The notes below the pieces were generated by a model. That model had not been told where the DNA came from, made no database searches, and was given only the letters and a program-made list of their open reading frames with translations. Source: Chiloscyllium plagiosum (taxonomy: Eukaryota). From it: a DNA stretch of 64,000 nucleotides. Within the stretch, counting starts at the first letter, position 1; every line of letters starts with the position of its first letter. The stretch is from positions 7,429,117-7,493,116 of the forward strand of contig NC_057720.1 of NCBI RefSeq assembly GCF_004010195.1, given 5' to 3'. Below, in pieces: positions 24,830 to 36,389 of this stretch. The position numbers and the translations under genes were made by a program.

Positions 24830-25520
24830 ACCATGAAAATGATGAGGGACAAAGATATTGTAGGCAGGAAGAAACTTTTCCCCGTGATGGAGGGCTCAAT
24901 GTCCAGGGGGCAGAGATTTAAGAACACAGAACATAGAATACAGTACAGTACAGGCCCTTCGGCCCTCGATGTTGTGCTGGCCTTTTATCTTACTCTAAGA
25001 TCAGGCTAACTACATACCCTTTTTCGCACTATCTTCCATGTGCCTATTCAAGAGTCGTTTAAATGTCCTGAATGTGTCTGACTTTACTATCACTGCTGGC
25101 AGTGTATTCCATGCACCTACCCACTGGTGATTTAAGATGAGGGACAGAAGGCTTAGAGGGAGATGTGAGGAAAATGGTTTGCACCTGGAGGGTCGTGGTC
25201 TTTGAAACTGACTGCCTGTAAGAATAGTAGAGACAGAAACACCCCTAACATCTGAGAATTATTGAGATGTGCACTTGTGATACCAAAGCATACAAGGTTA
25301 TGGGCCAAGTGCTGGAAAATTAGATTAGAATAGTTAGGTGGATAGAACATAGAACATTACAGCGCAGTGTAGGCCCTTTGGCCCACGATGTTGAACCACC
25401 CTGTGAAACACCCAATCTGAAGTCCATCTAACCTACACTATTTCATTCTTGTCCACGTTTTTGACCTGCAAAAATATGATGGACTAAATGGCCTTTTGCT
25501 GTACTGTAGACCTCTATGAC
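24830..25520 (+). mobile_element. CR1 LINE 3' fragment with two nested minus-strand CR1 tails (~24921-25125, ~25343-25455)
   Basis: aaaatgatgagggac...gaaacttttccccgtgatggagggctcaat; nested agaacatagaa..cagtacaggcccttcggccctcgatgttg; gatttaaga repeated on both sides of the first insert. Confidence 0.75.
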
Positions 25521-26942
25521 CTCAATAAGATCTCATCTAGAGGGTTTGGGAATGTGTAGTTTGGATGGGAAAATGGACTAGGTGTGGGTTGGTGGACAGG
25601 GAGAAAGGCAACAAGTAGTTAATGTGGCTTCAGAAGGAACGGCAGCCATTTTCCAAACAAAAAAGGGGTTCGAACAACAAAGAGAAAAGATTGGAATTTA
25701 CATCCGCTCACCACACAGTGATGAAGTGTGTTAAAACCCTTAAGTCCAAAGCAATCTCGAGAACACAATCTGCAAACACTGCAGCAAAATGTCAGACCAC
25801 CTGAAGCAACTTTCACGATAATCAAGAGTTACACTTATCACTCAAAACAAACACGTCTGAAGAACACAAGTCATTTCATTCACAGTGCCAAGTAAAACAC
25901 AGACAAAAAAAGAATAAGCCTGCACTTTGTTGCTCAGGCCCTCAGCCATCCACATTAAGGAAAGGGACAGTCTGCATTCAGTTTGCTACACATGAACACA
26001 AGTGTCAGTGGTGAAGCAAGGCAATTACTGTCAGCAAGAAGGAACTAATGCATCAAGCTCAATTTGTAGCATTGTAAGTATCTCGTCTGTTAGGTTCTGC
26101 TCCGGAGGTCAGGGGGCACCTCAGCCGTGAGACCCCAAGAGCCAAACCTTCGTCAACACTGAGCGTCACCGACACAAAGCTGCCTGCGAGCAGACGAGAT
26201 CTTATCGACGACAACAAAGCAGCCATTAAGACTTCAAAACACAAAACAAAACTGAGGGTAATGACCGTCTCTCCATTGGCTTCAGGCTGCCGAGGACAAT
26301 TTGAAGATGCTAATGGCTGTTGGCTCATTCTCCCCTCCACGGTACTGGGCACGATCAATAGCAGACTTCAAGATACAATTAGTCACCCCACCAGAAAAAG
26401 ACGCGCTGTTTGAAAGTTCAGCAACAAAGAGCCAGGGACACAACCACCACATTCCAATGACAAAATCTTCTATTTATAAAGCACATTCAACATAGCAACA
26501 ATGTCCACAGCCTTCTTCACAGGAGCGTTTCAAAGACTTTTTTTTTGACACAAAGCCACTGAAGGGGATAATGACGCTGGGCTTGGTCCAAAGAAGTCGA
26601 TTTTATGGGCGCATCTCAAGGAGAGGTTCAGGGAGGGAACTCCAAAGTACAGATTCTCGGTGGCTGAAGATTTAGGTGGTGAGAGGGTTTGTACCAACCG
26701 TGTGTGGTAACAGTCTTGACTCAGTCAGGAATACTCTCAACTCCCAATTGAGCATTATGAATTCTGGGAGACAAGCACAAACTCTAACCTTTACATTACA
26801 GAGTGCCTGCCTGCAATTCTTTACATGAGAATCAGAAATGTCCACAGCACCGAAAAAGGTCCATCGATTCTGTGTTGGTGAAAAACAACCATCTAACTAT
26901 TCTAATCCCATTTTCCAGCACTTGGCCCATGGTCTTATATAG

Positions 26943-27219
26943 GATTTCGAAGCTCCTTGGATGCTGCCTGAACTGCTGTGCTCTTCCAGCACCACTAATC
27001 CAGATCTCCTCCCTGACCTATCGCCTTCATCCCCTCCCCCACTCACCCATTGTACTCTATTCTACTTTCTCCCCACGCCCACCCTCCTCTAGCTTATATC
27101 TCCACGCTCCAGGCTCACTGCCTTTATTCCTGATGAAGGGCTTTTGCCCGAAACGTCGATTTCGAAGCTCCTTGGATGCTGCCTGAACTGCTGTGCTCTT
27201 CCAGCACCACTAATCCAGA
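26943..27219 (+). mobile_element. Retrozyme-like / mini-PLE insertion: 62-bp identical direct repeats around a pyrimidine-rich spacer and an intact hammerhead, with 16-bp TSD
   Basis: Identical gatttcgaagctcc...caccactaatccaga at 26943-27004 and 27158-27219; TSD cccat(g/a)gtcttatata at 26926-26941 and 27221-27236. Confidence 0.9.
27122..27167 (+). ncRNA. Minimal type-I hammerhead ribozyme (intact core)
   Basis: UC-CUGAUGA(27130-27136)-A-GGGC(UUUU)GCCC-GAAA-CGUC^GA; predicted cleavage between 27157 and 27158; stem I is short and imperfect. Confidence 0.85.
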
Positions 27220-27722
27220 ACCCATAGTCTTATATACTCTGCATATCTTACAAAGCATATCTAAATACTTCTCAAATGTTATGAGGGTTTCTGCCTCTAT
27301 ACCCATACAGTCAATGAATTCCAGATCCGCATAACTCTCTGGGTGAAAATATCTTTCCTCACATCCCCTCTAAATGACTTGCCCCTTAGCTTAAGTCTAA
27401 GCTCCTTGGTCATTGATCCCTCAATCAAAAGGATAAGTTGCTTTTTGTCTACACTGTGTATGTCCCTCACTATTTTGTACATCTCAATCATATCGCCCCA
27501 CCTCAGTCTCCTCTGCTGTAAGGTAAGTAACTTTACAGCAGAGGAGACTTTCTGGTCTGACCAATCTCTCTTCATAACTCCAGCCCTAGGCAGACCTCTC
27601 CAATGCTATCACATCCCTCCTCTAATATGGATTCCAGAACTGCACTGTTTCCTGAACCAGTCCCAGCATCACTTCCCTGCTCTTAACCTCTATGCCTCAG
27701 AGGGAACAAGGCTAATACCAGT

Positions 27723-28016
27723 GGGTGGCACGGTGGCTCACAGCACCAACGGCCCAGATTCAATTACAGCTTCGGGCGACTGTCTGTGTGGAGTTTGTAC
27801 ATTCTCCCGTGTCTGCGTGGGTTTCCTCCGGGTGCTCTGCTTTCCTCCCACAGTCCAAAGATGTGCAGGTTAGGTGACTTGGCCATGCTAAATTGCCCAT
27901 AGTGTTAGGTGCATTAGTCAGAGGGAAATGGGTCTTGGTGGGTTACTCTTCGGAGGGTCGTTGTGAACTTGTTGGGCCCAAGGGCCTGTTTCCACACTCT
28001 AGGGAATCTAATCTAA
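27723..28016 (+). mobile_element. HE1-type V-SINE
   Basis: gggtggcacggtggctc...ctgtgtggagtttgtacattctcccgtgtctgcgtgggtttcctccgg...gggcctgtttccacactctagggaatctaatcta. Confidence 0.9.
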
Positions 28017-28536
28017 CCCAATCTGTCCCTGTCACGTACCTGATAGCAATTTAGGAAGAGTTCAAAGTATTGACCTGGGAAGTTGGGTTTTCCAAAGATT
28101 TTGTAAAATATAAAGAAAATGAAAAGAGGCTGAAGGACTTAGGGAACAACCAGCGAGAATAGAATTCTAGGATGCCTATCGAATCAAATTCATAGCACAG
28201 AAGGTCACTGGATGGGAGGTGAGGTGAAAGAAAATGACAGCAAGAGAGTGAGGCAAGCTTGGGATGGGATTTAAAAGCCGAGAATATTAATTTGCAAAGC
28301 AAGCTGCAATTTCAATGTGAATGCACCTTTCAGCGACTGTATCATTAAACAAGTGAGATTCACTAAAAAGGTGGCCCAAATCTGATCAGATACAATCATG
28401 ATCAGCTAAGAAAGGACAACATTAAAAATTCAAACATTCATCTCGTCCGGAAACGGGTAACCAGAGTTTACTCACCTGATTGAGCTTTCGAGTGTTGTTA
28501 AAGAACAAGAAGGTTGCATTGTCAGGATGGTCATTC

Positions 28537-28861
28537 AGAATCACAGATTCCCTACACTGTGGAAACAGACCATTTGGTCCAACAAGTCCATACCCACCCT
28601 CCAAAGAGTATCCCAACCAGACCCATTCCCCTACCCTATTACTTTAGATTTCCCCTGACTAATACATGTAACTGCATATCCCTGAATACTCGGGCAATTT
28701 AGTTTGGACTGTGGCAGGAAACCGGAGCACCCGGAGGAAACCCACGCAGACACAGGGAAAATGTGCAAACTCCACACAGACAGTCGCCCGAGGCTGAAGT
28801 CAAATCCAGGTCGCTAGTGCTGTGAGGCAGCAATGTTAACCACTGAGCCACTGTGTCATCC
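28537..28861 (-). mobile_element. HE1-type V-SINE
   Basis: Reverse complement of the head (gtgaggcagcaatgttaaccactgagcc) and V-domain (ggaaaccggagcacccggaggaaacccacgcagacac). Confidence 0.9.
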
Positions 28862-28864
28862 CAT

Positions 28865-29190
28865 TATTTAAGATTGAGACAAGGACAAATGTCTTCACCC
28901 AGAGAGTGGTGAACCTGTGGAATTCTCTGCCACAGAAAACAGTTGAGGCCAAAACAATGAATGATTTCAAGAAGGAATTGGATATAGCACATAGGGCTAA
29001 AGAGATCAATGGGGAGAAAGTGGGAACAATTGGGTGATCAGCCATGATCTTCACAAATGGCACAGCAGGCTTGAAGCTGCTGTGCTTTTCCAGCACCGCA
29101 GTTTTTGACTCTGATCTCCAGCATCTGCAGTCCTCACTTTCTCGCCCTTGAAGGGCTGAATGGCCTACTTCTGTTCCTATTTTCTGTGTA
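28865..29190 (+). mobile_element. CR1 LINE 3' fragment with a nested PLE family-A tail (29077-29146, 7-bp TSD cttgaag)
   Basis: cttcacccagagagtggtgaacctgtggaattctctgccacag; cttgaag at 29070-29076 and 29147-29153 flanks ctgctgtgcttttccagcacc...gcatctgcagtcctcactttctc. Confidence 0.82.
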
Positions 29191-29469
29191 TCTATGTAAC
29201 TAAATATACATTGACCTGTGAAATGGCACTGATTAATACAGCTCTTACCCACCTCTGTAACTATCTGACTGAAATCTTCAACAATAGAGCCATCCAACAA
29301 CTCCAGGTTTCTCTCGACACAAAACAAACCTGCCACAGAAAGATGAAATGAAGATTCACTATCTTTTGTTTTGTTTCTATTCTTTAAACTTCATGGCCAA
29401 GATGAAGAAGACTGACATAACAATAAGATTCTCTTTCATAACAGTGCTGAGAGCTACCCAATTAGTCCT

Positions 29470-29697
29470 AAACAAAAATAGAAATTGCTGGAAAAGCTAA
29501 GCAGGTCTGGCAGCATCTGTGGACAGAAATCAAGAGTTAATGGTCAGGTCTGGTGACACTTCCTCAGAATGGATCTAAGGGTCACTGAACCAGAAACATT
29601 AACTCTGATTTCTCTCCACAGATTCTGCCACACCTGCTGAGCTTTTCCAGCAATTTCTGTTTCTGACGTCCAGCATCCACTGTACTTTTATTTTTTA
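29470..29697. mobile_element. Penelope-like inverted short element, family C (degenerate)
   Basis: gaaattgctggaaaagctaagcaggtctggcagcatctgtgg...cttcctcagaa / ...gaaacattaactctgatttctctccacaga...ttttccagcaatttc. Confidence 0.8.
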
Positions 29698-29914
29698 CTC
29701 AATTAATCCTGTTGCTGGTGCCTTACACCCATGAATCTCACATGTACATCTAATTAGCCTTTGAGAGTCATCGCCGAATCTGCACTCACCAACCTCTCAG
29801 TGCACAATAAGTTCCAGATCTCATCAGGTCAGTTGATCTGTTTTTGGTTGAGGGTTCATGTTCAATTTAAACTGCAAACAGGAGGACTTTGGTTTGATGC
29901 TTTGGCTTACAGTC

Positions 29915-30472
29915 AGTCACACAGACCCTTCGGCCCAACTCGTTCATGCCGACCAGGTTTCCTAAACTGAACTAGTCCCATTTGACTGCATTTGACCCAT
30001 ATCCCTCGAAACCCTTCCTGTCCATATACCTGCCCAAATGTCTTTTAGACGTTATAACTCCATCTGCATCTTACCTTGGCAGCTTGCTCCATATGCACAC
30101 TATCCTCTGTGTGAAAAGGTCATCCCTGAGAAATACTGTCTGGGTGAAATGTTCTTTGGAGGGTCGGTGTGGATTCAATGGGCCAAATGGGATTTTATGA
30201 TTCTTTCCCCTCTTACCTTAAACCCAAGTCATCTAGTTTTGGACTTCCCTGCACTGGGGAAAAATACCTTCAGCTGTTTACTCTATCCAGGCCCCTCATG
30301 ATTTTATAAACTTTGATCAGGTCACCCCTCAGCCTCCTACTGTCCGCAGAAGAAAAAAAAACTCAAACTATCCATCGAACTCAAGCCTTCCAGCCTCGAC
30401 AACATCCTTTGCAAATGCTTTTTTCCACCCTGTCCAGCTTAAGAACATCCTTCCTACAGCAGAGCAACCAGA
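29915..30472 (-). mobile_element. CR1 LINE 3' fragment
   Basis: cagacccttcggcccaact...ctagtcccattt...cccatatccctc...aggtcacccctcagcctcctac. Confidence 0.8.
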
Positions 30473-30705
30473 AAGCATGTTATTAGTGAGGTTTTCCAAC
30501 GAAACATCCGACAGAGTCAACTGACACTACAAAGGGGCAGATATGAGCCTTGAAATCACAGCTTTCTAATGTGAGAGGGGGACACATTACCTGCTGAGCC
30601 ACAGCTGATTCACCTGTGGCAAATGATGTCCCAAACCAAACCTTTGGGGAATGGAGTGAGGGCAGCATCACTCAACTCTTCATCAATGCTGTTCCCGGAG
30701 GGAAA

Positions 30706-30896
30706 TGATTTGGAGATGCCGGTGTTGGACTGGGGTGTACAAAGTTAAAAATCACACAACACCAGGTTATAGTCCAACAGGTTTAATTGGAAGCACACTA
30801 GCTTTCGGAGCGATGCGTGAAGGAGCGTCGCTCCGAAAGCTAGTGTGCTTCCAATTAAACCAGTTGGACTATAACCTGGTGTTGTGTGATTTTTAA
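30706..30896. mobile_element. Penelope-like inverted short element, family B, 12-bp TSD
   Basis: tgatttggagatgccggtgttggactgggg tail plus inverted arms ...gaagcacactagctttcggagcg / cgctccgaaagctagtgtgcttc...; TSD cccggagggaaa at 30694-30705 and 30897-30908; both hammerhead cores lack the CUGA part. Confidence 0.9.
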
Positions 30897-31035
30897 CCCG
30901 GAGGGAAAGGTGGTGTCACATTCTAGGAGCCTTCCCTTGCTACCTTTTCATGATGTTGACTCTTTCACTTTGCACAAATCCTCTCCATTTCGGTAGCCCA
31001 CAGAAGATGGAACTACCAGGCACAAGCACATGGCT

Positions 31036-31340
31036 GGGACAGCATGATGGCTCAGTGGTTAGCACTGCTATCTCACAGCACCAGGAACCTGGGTTCGATT
31101 CCACACTCGGGCGACAGTCTGTGTGAAGTTTGCGAGTTCTTCCTCCGGGTGCTCTAGTTTCCTCCCACAAATGTGCAGGTAAGATGAATTGGCCATGCTA
31201 AATTGCCCCATAGTGTTCAGGGATGTGCAGGTTAGAAGAATTAGTCAGAGGTAAATGTATGGGAAGAGGGTCACTCTTCGGAGGGCTGGTGTAGTCTTGT
31301 TAGGCTGAATGGCCTATTTCCACACTGTAGGGATTCTAAC
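31036..31340 (+). mobile_element. HE1-type V-SINE
   Basis: ggctcagtggttagcactgctatctcacagcaccaggaacctgggttcgattcc...ggcctatttccacactgtagggattcta. Confidence 0.88.
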
Positions 31341-32048
31341 TAATTTCTCTTGTAAGGAGATGATACAGGATATTGACATTTAGCTGGTTACAACAATATC
31401 ATTGTCTGGTCTTCGACCTGAGCAAGGTACCTCATACTTCCCAGTTCCACTCTTCCTGAACAATGTCCATAACCTCCTCAATCCCTGAGCCGTCAAAATC
31501 TCTGATCGCTATCTTTAATGCCTTACAAAGAGAAGTTGAGTGGGTTGGGCCCGTACTCAATGAAATATAGAAAAACAAGAGGCGATGTGCAGGTTAGGTG
31601 GACTGGCCATGCTAAATTTCCCATATTTTCCAGGGATGTGCAGGCTCGGTTGATCATTCATGGGAAGTCCAAGGTTACAGAGATGTGGTGGATTTGGGTT
31701 GTTTACTCTTCAGAGGGCCAGTACTGACTCAATGGGCCAAATGGCTCCTTTCTGTGATGCTATGATTTTTGTATGACTTAAAGACTGAGCAAGCTTTTGA
31801 ATAGATTATTGCCACTGCTCTGAGTTCCCCACATGTTGAAAATGTCACCTCACTGACAGATAAACACCAAGCTGCCAATAGCCAGCACTGTTCCTGTCCT
31901 CCCTGACCTTAAAGCAGATCCGAAAAAGTTACAGCACCACATACAGTGGCATCCAGCATCTTCAGAGAGAGATTCTATCCAGCTTATAAACACAGTTCTT
32001 TAAAACGAAAGCTGCATTTCTGCTTGCATGATGTGGACAGCAGCAGGC

Positions 32049-32373
32049 ATAGAACATAGAATATTATAGCGCAGTACAGGCCCTTCGGCCCTCGATGTTG
32101 CGCCGCCCTGTCATACTAATCTGAAGCCCATCCCATCTACACTATTCCATGTATGTCCATTTGCCTGTCCAATGACGACTTAAATGCACTTAAACTTGGC
32201 GAATCTACGACTGTTGCAGGCAAAGCATTTCACACCCTTACTACTCTCTGAGTAAAGAAACTACCTCTGATATCTGTCTTATACCTATCTCCCCTCACTT
32301 TAAAGTTGTGTCCCCTCGTGTTTGCCGTCCCCACACTTGGAAAAGGGCTCTCCCTGTCCACCCTATCTAACCC
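32049..32373 (-). mobile_element. CR1 LINE 3' fragment (agaacat-tail subfamily)
   Basis: atagaacatagaa..agcgcagtacaggcccttcggccctcgatgttgcg...ctccctgtccaccctatctaaccctc. Confidence 0.85.
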
Positions 32374-32619
32374 TCACATTCATAAAACACAATAAGCTTT
32401 TAGAAATTTAACATTCTTAAAGGACATCTTTCCCAGGCCAAAGCAGGGGTTCCACATATCTTAAATTGTGTGTTTGCACAGCTCCCAATGGCAATGCGCG
32501 GCCTCACTCGATAGGCTGTGATCAAACTCACATTCTAACTTTGTCTTCAGAAAGCAAGACAATTGTCAAAGCATTGTCCCCATTCAACAACATTCCTCTA
32601 AACCAAAAGACAGGAGCAA

Positions 32620-33108
32620 GGATATTTATTCAACTGGAGAGGGTACAGAAGAGACTTACCAGGATGTTACCAGGAATGGAAGGTTTGAGAAAGAAAGGCG
32701 GGAATGCTGGAACATTTTTCACTGGAGCGTAGGAGGTTGAGAGGTGACCTTACAGAGATTTATAAAATCGTGGGGTGGGTGGGGGTGCATTGATAAGGTG
32801 AATAGCAACAGTCTTTTCCCTAGAGTGGGAGAATTCAAAACTAGGGGACATATTTTTAAAGTGAGAGGAGAAAGATTTTAAAAGGACACAAGGGGTAACG
32901 TTTTTTTCGTGGTTCATGTGTGGAATGAACTTCCAGAGGAAGTGACAGATGTGGGTACAGTGACAACATTTAAAAGACACTTGGATAAGTACATTAGTAA
33001 GAATGTTTGGAGGGATATGGGCCAATCGCAGGCAGGTGGAACTAGTTTAGTTTGGGATTACTCTCGGCAGGGACCGAAGGGTCTGTTTCTGTGCTGCATG
33101 ACTCGATG
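32620..33108 (+). mobile_element. CR1 LINE 3' fragment
   Basis: QLERVQKRLTRMLPGMEGL...; VWNELPEEVTDVGTVTTFKRHLDKY. Confidence 0.88.
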
Positions 33109-33398
33109 ATACAATGAAGGCAGTTGGGACAGAAAAATGCATTGTCAGACCTTGTTACCCACTCTGCTCTTTTTCTTATTATTCACTCATGGGACATTGG
33201 CATCTCTGACTGGTCAGCAATTACTGCCCATCTCTCACTGCCCTCGAGGTGGTGGTGGTGAGCTACCTTTTTGAACTGCTGCCATCTACATCCTGTAGGT
33301 TGACCCACAGTGCCCCTAATTTCAGGATTTTGACTCTGTCTCTCTCTCTCTCTCTATACCAGTCTCTGTCTCCCTGGCTCACACTGTCTCTTTGTCTC

Positions 33399-33558
33399 AG
33401 AGAGACCTTAGAGTGCAGGTTCATAGCTCCTTGAAAGTGGAGTCACAGGTAGATAGGATAGTGAAGAAGGTGTTTGGTATGCTTTCCTTTATTGGTCAGA
33501 GTATTGAGTAGGGGAGTTGGGAGGTCATGTTGCAGCTGTACAGGACATTGGTTAGGAC
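33399..33558 (+). mobile_element. CR1 LINE internal ORF2 fragment
   Basis: Near-identical to 39890-40046 (agagacctt.gagtgcaggttcatagctccttgaaagtggagtc...gtacaggacattggttagg). Confidence 0.85.
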
Positions 33559-34000
33559 ACTCTCTCTCTCCATATGTCTCTGTCTCTCTGTCTCACATTC
33601 TCTCGGTCTCTGTCTCTGTCTGTGTGCCTCTCTCTCTCTCTCTCTACCTGTCTCACACACACTCTCTCTACCTGTCTGACTCTCTATTTCACACGCTCCC
33701 TGTCTCTCTCAGACTTTCTCTCAGTCTCTGTCTCCTTATCTGTCTCTTTCTCTCTGTCTCACATTCTCTCTGCCTCTCTCTCTACCGGTCATTCTCTGTC
33801 TCTCTCTCACACACACATTCGCTGCCTCTCTCTTCCTACCTGTCTCTTCTCTCTGTCTCACACTCTCTCTCTCTCTGTTTCTCTCTACCTGTCACCGTCT
33901 CTCTGTCTCGCATTCTTTATGTCTCTCTACCTGTCTCTCTCACTCTCTCTTTACCTGTCTCGGTCTCTCTCTCTCTCTACCTGTCTCTATCTCTTCCTAC
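33559..34000. repeat. ~440-bp degenerate (CT)n / CTGT polypyrimidine tract
   Basis: Continuous ctct/ctgt/acctgtctc repeats; source of the spurious Leu/Ser-rich ORFs. Confidence 0.95.
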
Positions 34001-34261
34001 CTGGGACTCAGTCAGAAGCATTGCCCTCTGATTCAGAAGGATGTTTGTGCAGCTCTCAATCCACAGTGTTGAGTGCTCGCACTCCGTCGCAGCGTTGAGG
34101 GAATGCTACACTGTCAGAGCCGCTGTCTTTTATTGAAAGGTTGAACAGGAGGCTATGGGTTGATTCCAATGACACTGCATCAAAGAGAAGATTAGCGGTT
34201 CTCCACGATCCCCTCATGAAAGTCAGCATCATGGAATCAATTCTCTGGTCATGGTCACTTT

Positions 34262-34705
34262 GAACATAGAACATTACAGCGCAGTAATACAGCACAGAAC
34301 ATAGAACATTACAGCCCTTTGGCCCTCTATGTTGCACCGTCCTGTGAAACCAATCTGAAGCCTATCTATCTTACACTAAACCATTTTTATCTTTATGTTT
34401 ATCCAATGACCTTTTAAATGCCCTTAAAGCTGACCAGTCTCCTACTGTTGCAGGCAGTGCGTTCCACACACCTACTACTCTCTGAATAAAGAACTATCTC
34501 TGACATCTGTCCTGTATCTATCACCCCTCAATTTAAAGCTATGTCCCCTCATGCTAGCCATTGCCATCTGAGGAAAAAGGCTCTCACTGTCCACCCTATC
34601 TAACCCTCTGACTATCTTATATTTCTCAATTAAGTCGCCCCTCAACCTTCTCTTTAATAAAAACAGCCTCAAGACCCTCAGCCTTTCCTCATTAGACCTT
34701 CCCTC
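34262..34705 (-). mobile_element. CR1 LINE 3' fragment
   Basis: Minus ORF RLFLLKRRLRGDLIEKYKIVRGLDRVDSESLFP...RGHSFKLRG; agaacat tail. Confidence 0.88.
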
Positions 34706-36109
34706 TCACTGAGGCCTGGGAAACCACTCCCCGTGTGTCTGTGTCAAAACTCAAAGGGTTAATGTTCTGGGTGGGACACCTTGGAGTGTGTTACTGCGCT
34801 AAAGGTACGGAGTTAACACTGCGATGAAATAACAAGCACAGCTCATTCGACAACACAAGCTGTATGTTCAGATATTTCAAACACCCACAAGTCAGCTGTT
34901 TCTGAGAGAAGAAGGTGTGAACTGCAGTGAGTTCACAAACAGGTTCACCACCATGGAGCTGCATTTCCTGCTCCAGCTCAGAACAGCCGGGTATGGCCTT
35001 CGTTTCTCACAATCTGTCTGGCTCCCCCTTACACAACACCCATAAGAGGAATGATGGCCTTGCTCACAAGAATGTATGGATGGATTTTGTTTGAGAGGTA
35101 GCAGCGTAGTATTCTTTTTAACTTGTCCTGCCAGCTCCTTGGTTTTCAGAGATATTGCCAATGGGCAACTTGGGGCTGCCACATGAAGGCTGCGTTCTTA
35201 CAGAGGCAGTGTCATGGTCATTTTCCTGAACCAGTACTCCAGAGGATGAGATAAATAATCTGAAAATTGTTATCGGTGCACCATGACCGTTTGAGAATCT
35301 GAATTCAGATTCAAAAGCTTCTCATAATAGAATTGTTACCACAAATCTTTTCACATTTAAACCGCGAGTATGCCTCTGTGGCAGTGCATGTTGTACAGGA
35401 TCAGTCACGGAATTGTTACAGAACAGAAAGGGTGTGTTTGGCCCACCGTGATTGTACTGTTTCCCAATCCGGTGCTCTACCCCCAGCTCCGATACGGTGC
35501 TCTACCCCCAGCTCCGATACGGCAGGCAAGTCCCAGGTGGACAGAGGAAGCACCTCAGGGATACCGCTCAAGGCCTCACCAGGGAAGTGCGCCATTCCCA
35601 CTGGCCCGAGAACATTCCGAAGGGGAGAAGGAGCAACCGGGAAGAGGTAGAGCACCTGGAGACTTGCCATCGGGAAAAGTGGTCGCTGGGGGGAAAATAG
35701 CAATAGGTGCGCCCTATCCCACTAACATCCCATCCACCCCTTCCTGCGACCACCTCCTGCCCCAAGTGTAACAGAGCCTGTGGTATCCCCATCGGTCTGT
35801 CCAGCCACCTACAGACTGTGAGAGTGGGGGAGAGTCATCCTCATGTGCGAGGGACTGCCGATGAATGAAATGTTAAAACAACATTCATGCGACATAAAAG
35901 GTCTCTTTGCACTGTTTCGGAGAACAACAAAGCAATTATCCCTGGTATCCTGACCAACCCTTACTCCCTTAATCAGCTGATCTGATTATCATTAAATTGT
36001 CAACCATGATCAAGGAAAAAATGTTGCCGGAATACTGATGCTTGCCCCCTCAAAAACATGGGTGCTGCTGATTGAAGGTTAACCCACATTTGACATGTGC
36101 AAGCCCTTT

Positions 36110-36352
36110 GAATACACATACAAACAGATTCAAGATTAGTTTCTTCCCCACTGTTATCGGACTTTTGGACAGACCTCTCAAATGTTAATGTTGATTTTTC
36201 TCTCTCTCTGCACCTTCTGTGCGGCTGTAACACTGTATTCTGCACTCTGTTCTGCTCCCTGATGCATTTCATATGGTACAATCTGCCTGTACAGCACAGA
36301 AAACAACAATTTTCACTGTATCTCGGTACATGTGACAACAATCAATCAATCA
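36110..36352 (+). mobile_element. Rex1/Babar LINE 3' end
   Basis: acagattcaagattagtttcttccccactgttatcggacttttg...ttttcactgtatctcggtacatgtgacaa(caat)n. Confidence 0.75.
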
Positions 36353-36389
36353 ATTAATTAAAAACCAGTTGCCCAGCATTCAAGACCAG

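Larger units (their letters stand above)
26830..27690 (-). mobile_element. CR1 LINE 3' fragment hosting the 26943-27219 insertion
   Basis: Minus ORF LLTLQQRRLRWGDMIEMYKIVRDIHSVDKKQL...RGDVRKDIFTQRVMRIWNSL. Confidence 0.82.

Noticed and set aside
26059..26420. Overlapping open frames on both strands in unique, CpG-containing sequence
   Set aside because: No recognisable protein and no convincing acceptor-donor pair; cannot be supported as an exon, though it may be regulatory.
26943..27219. Direct repeats read as LTRs or as a CRISPR-like repeat-spacer unit
   Set aside because: No TG...CA termini, PBS or PPT; the TSD is 16 bp rather than 4-6 bp; only two repeats in a vertebrate context. The PLE/HHR interpretation fits better.
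33474..34098. Long 185-aa and 174-aa ORFs
   Set aside because: Produced by the stop-free (CT)n tract plus a CR1 fragment; Leu/Ser low complexity, not genes.
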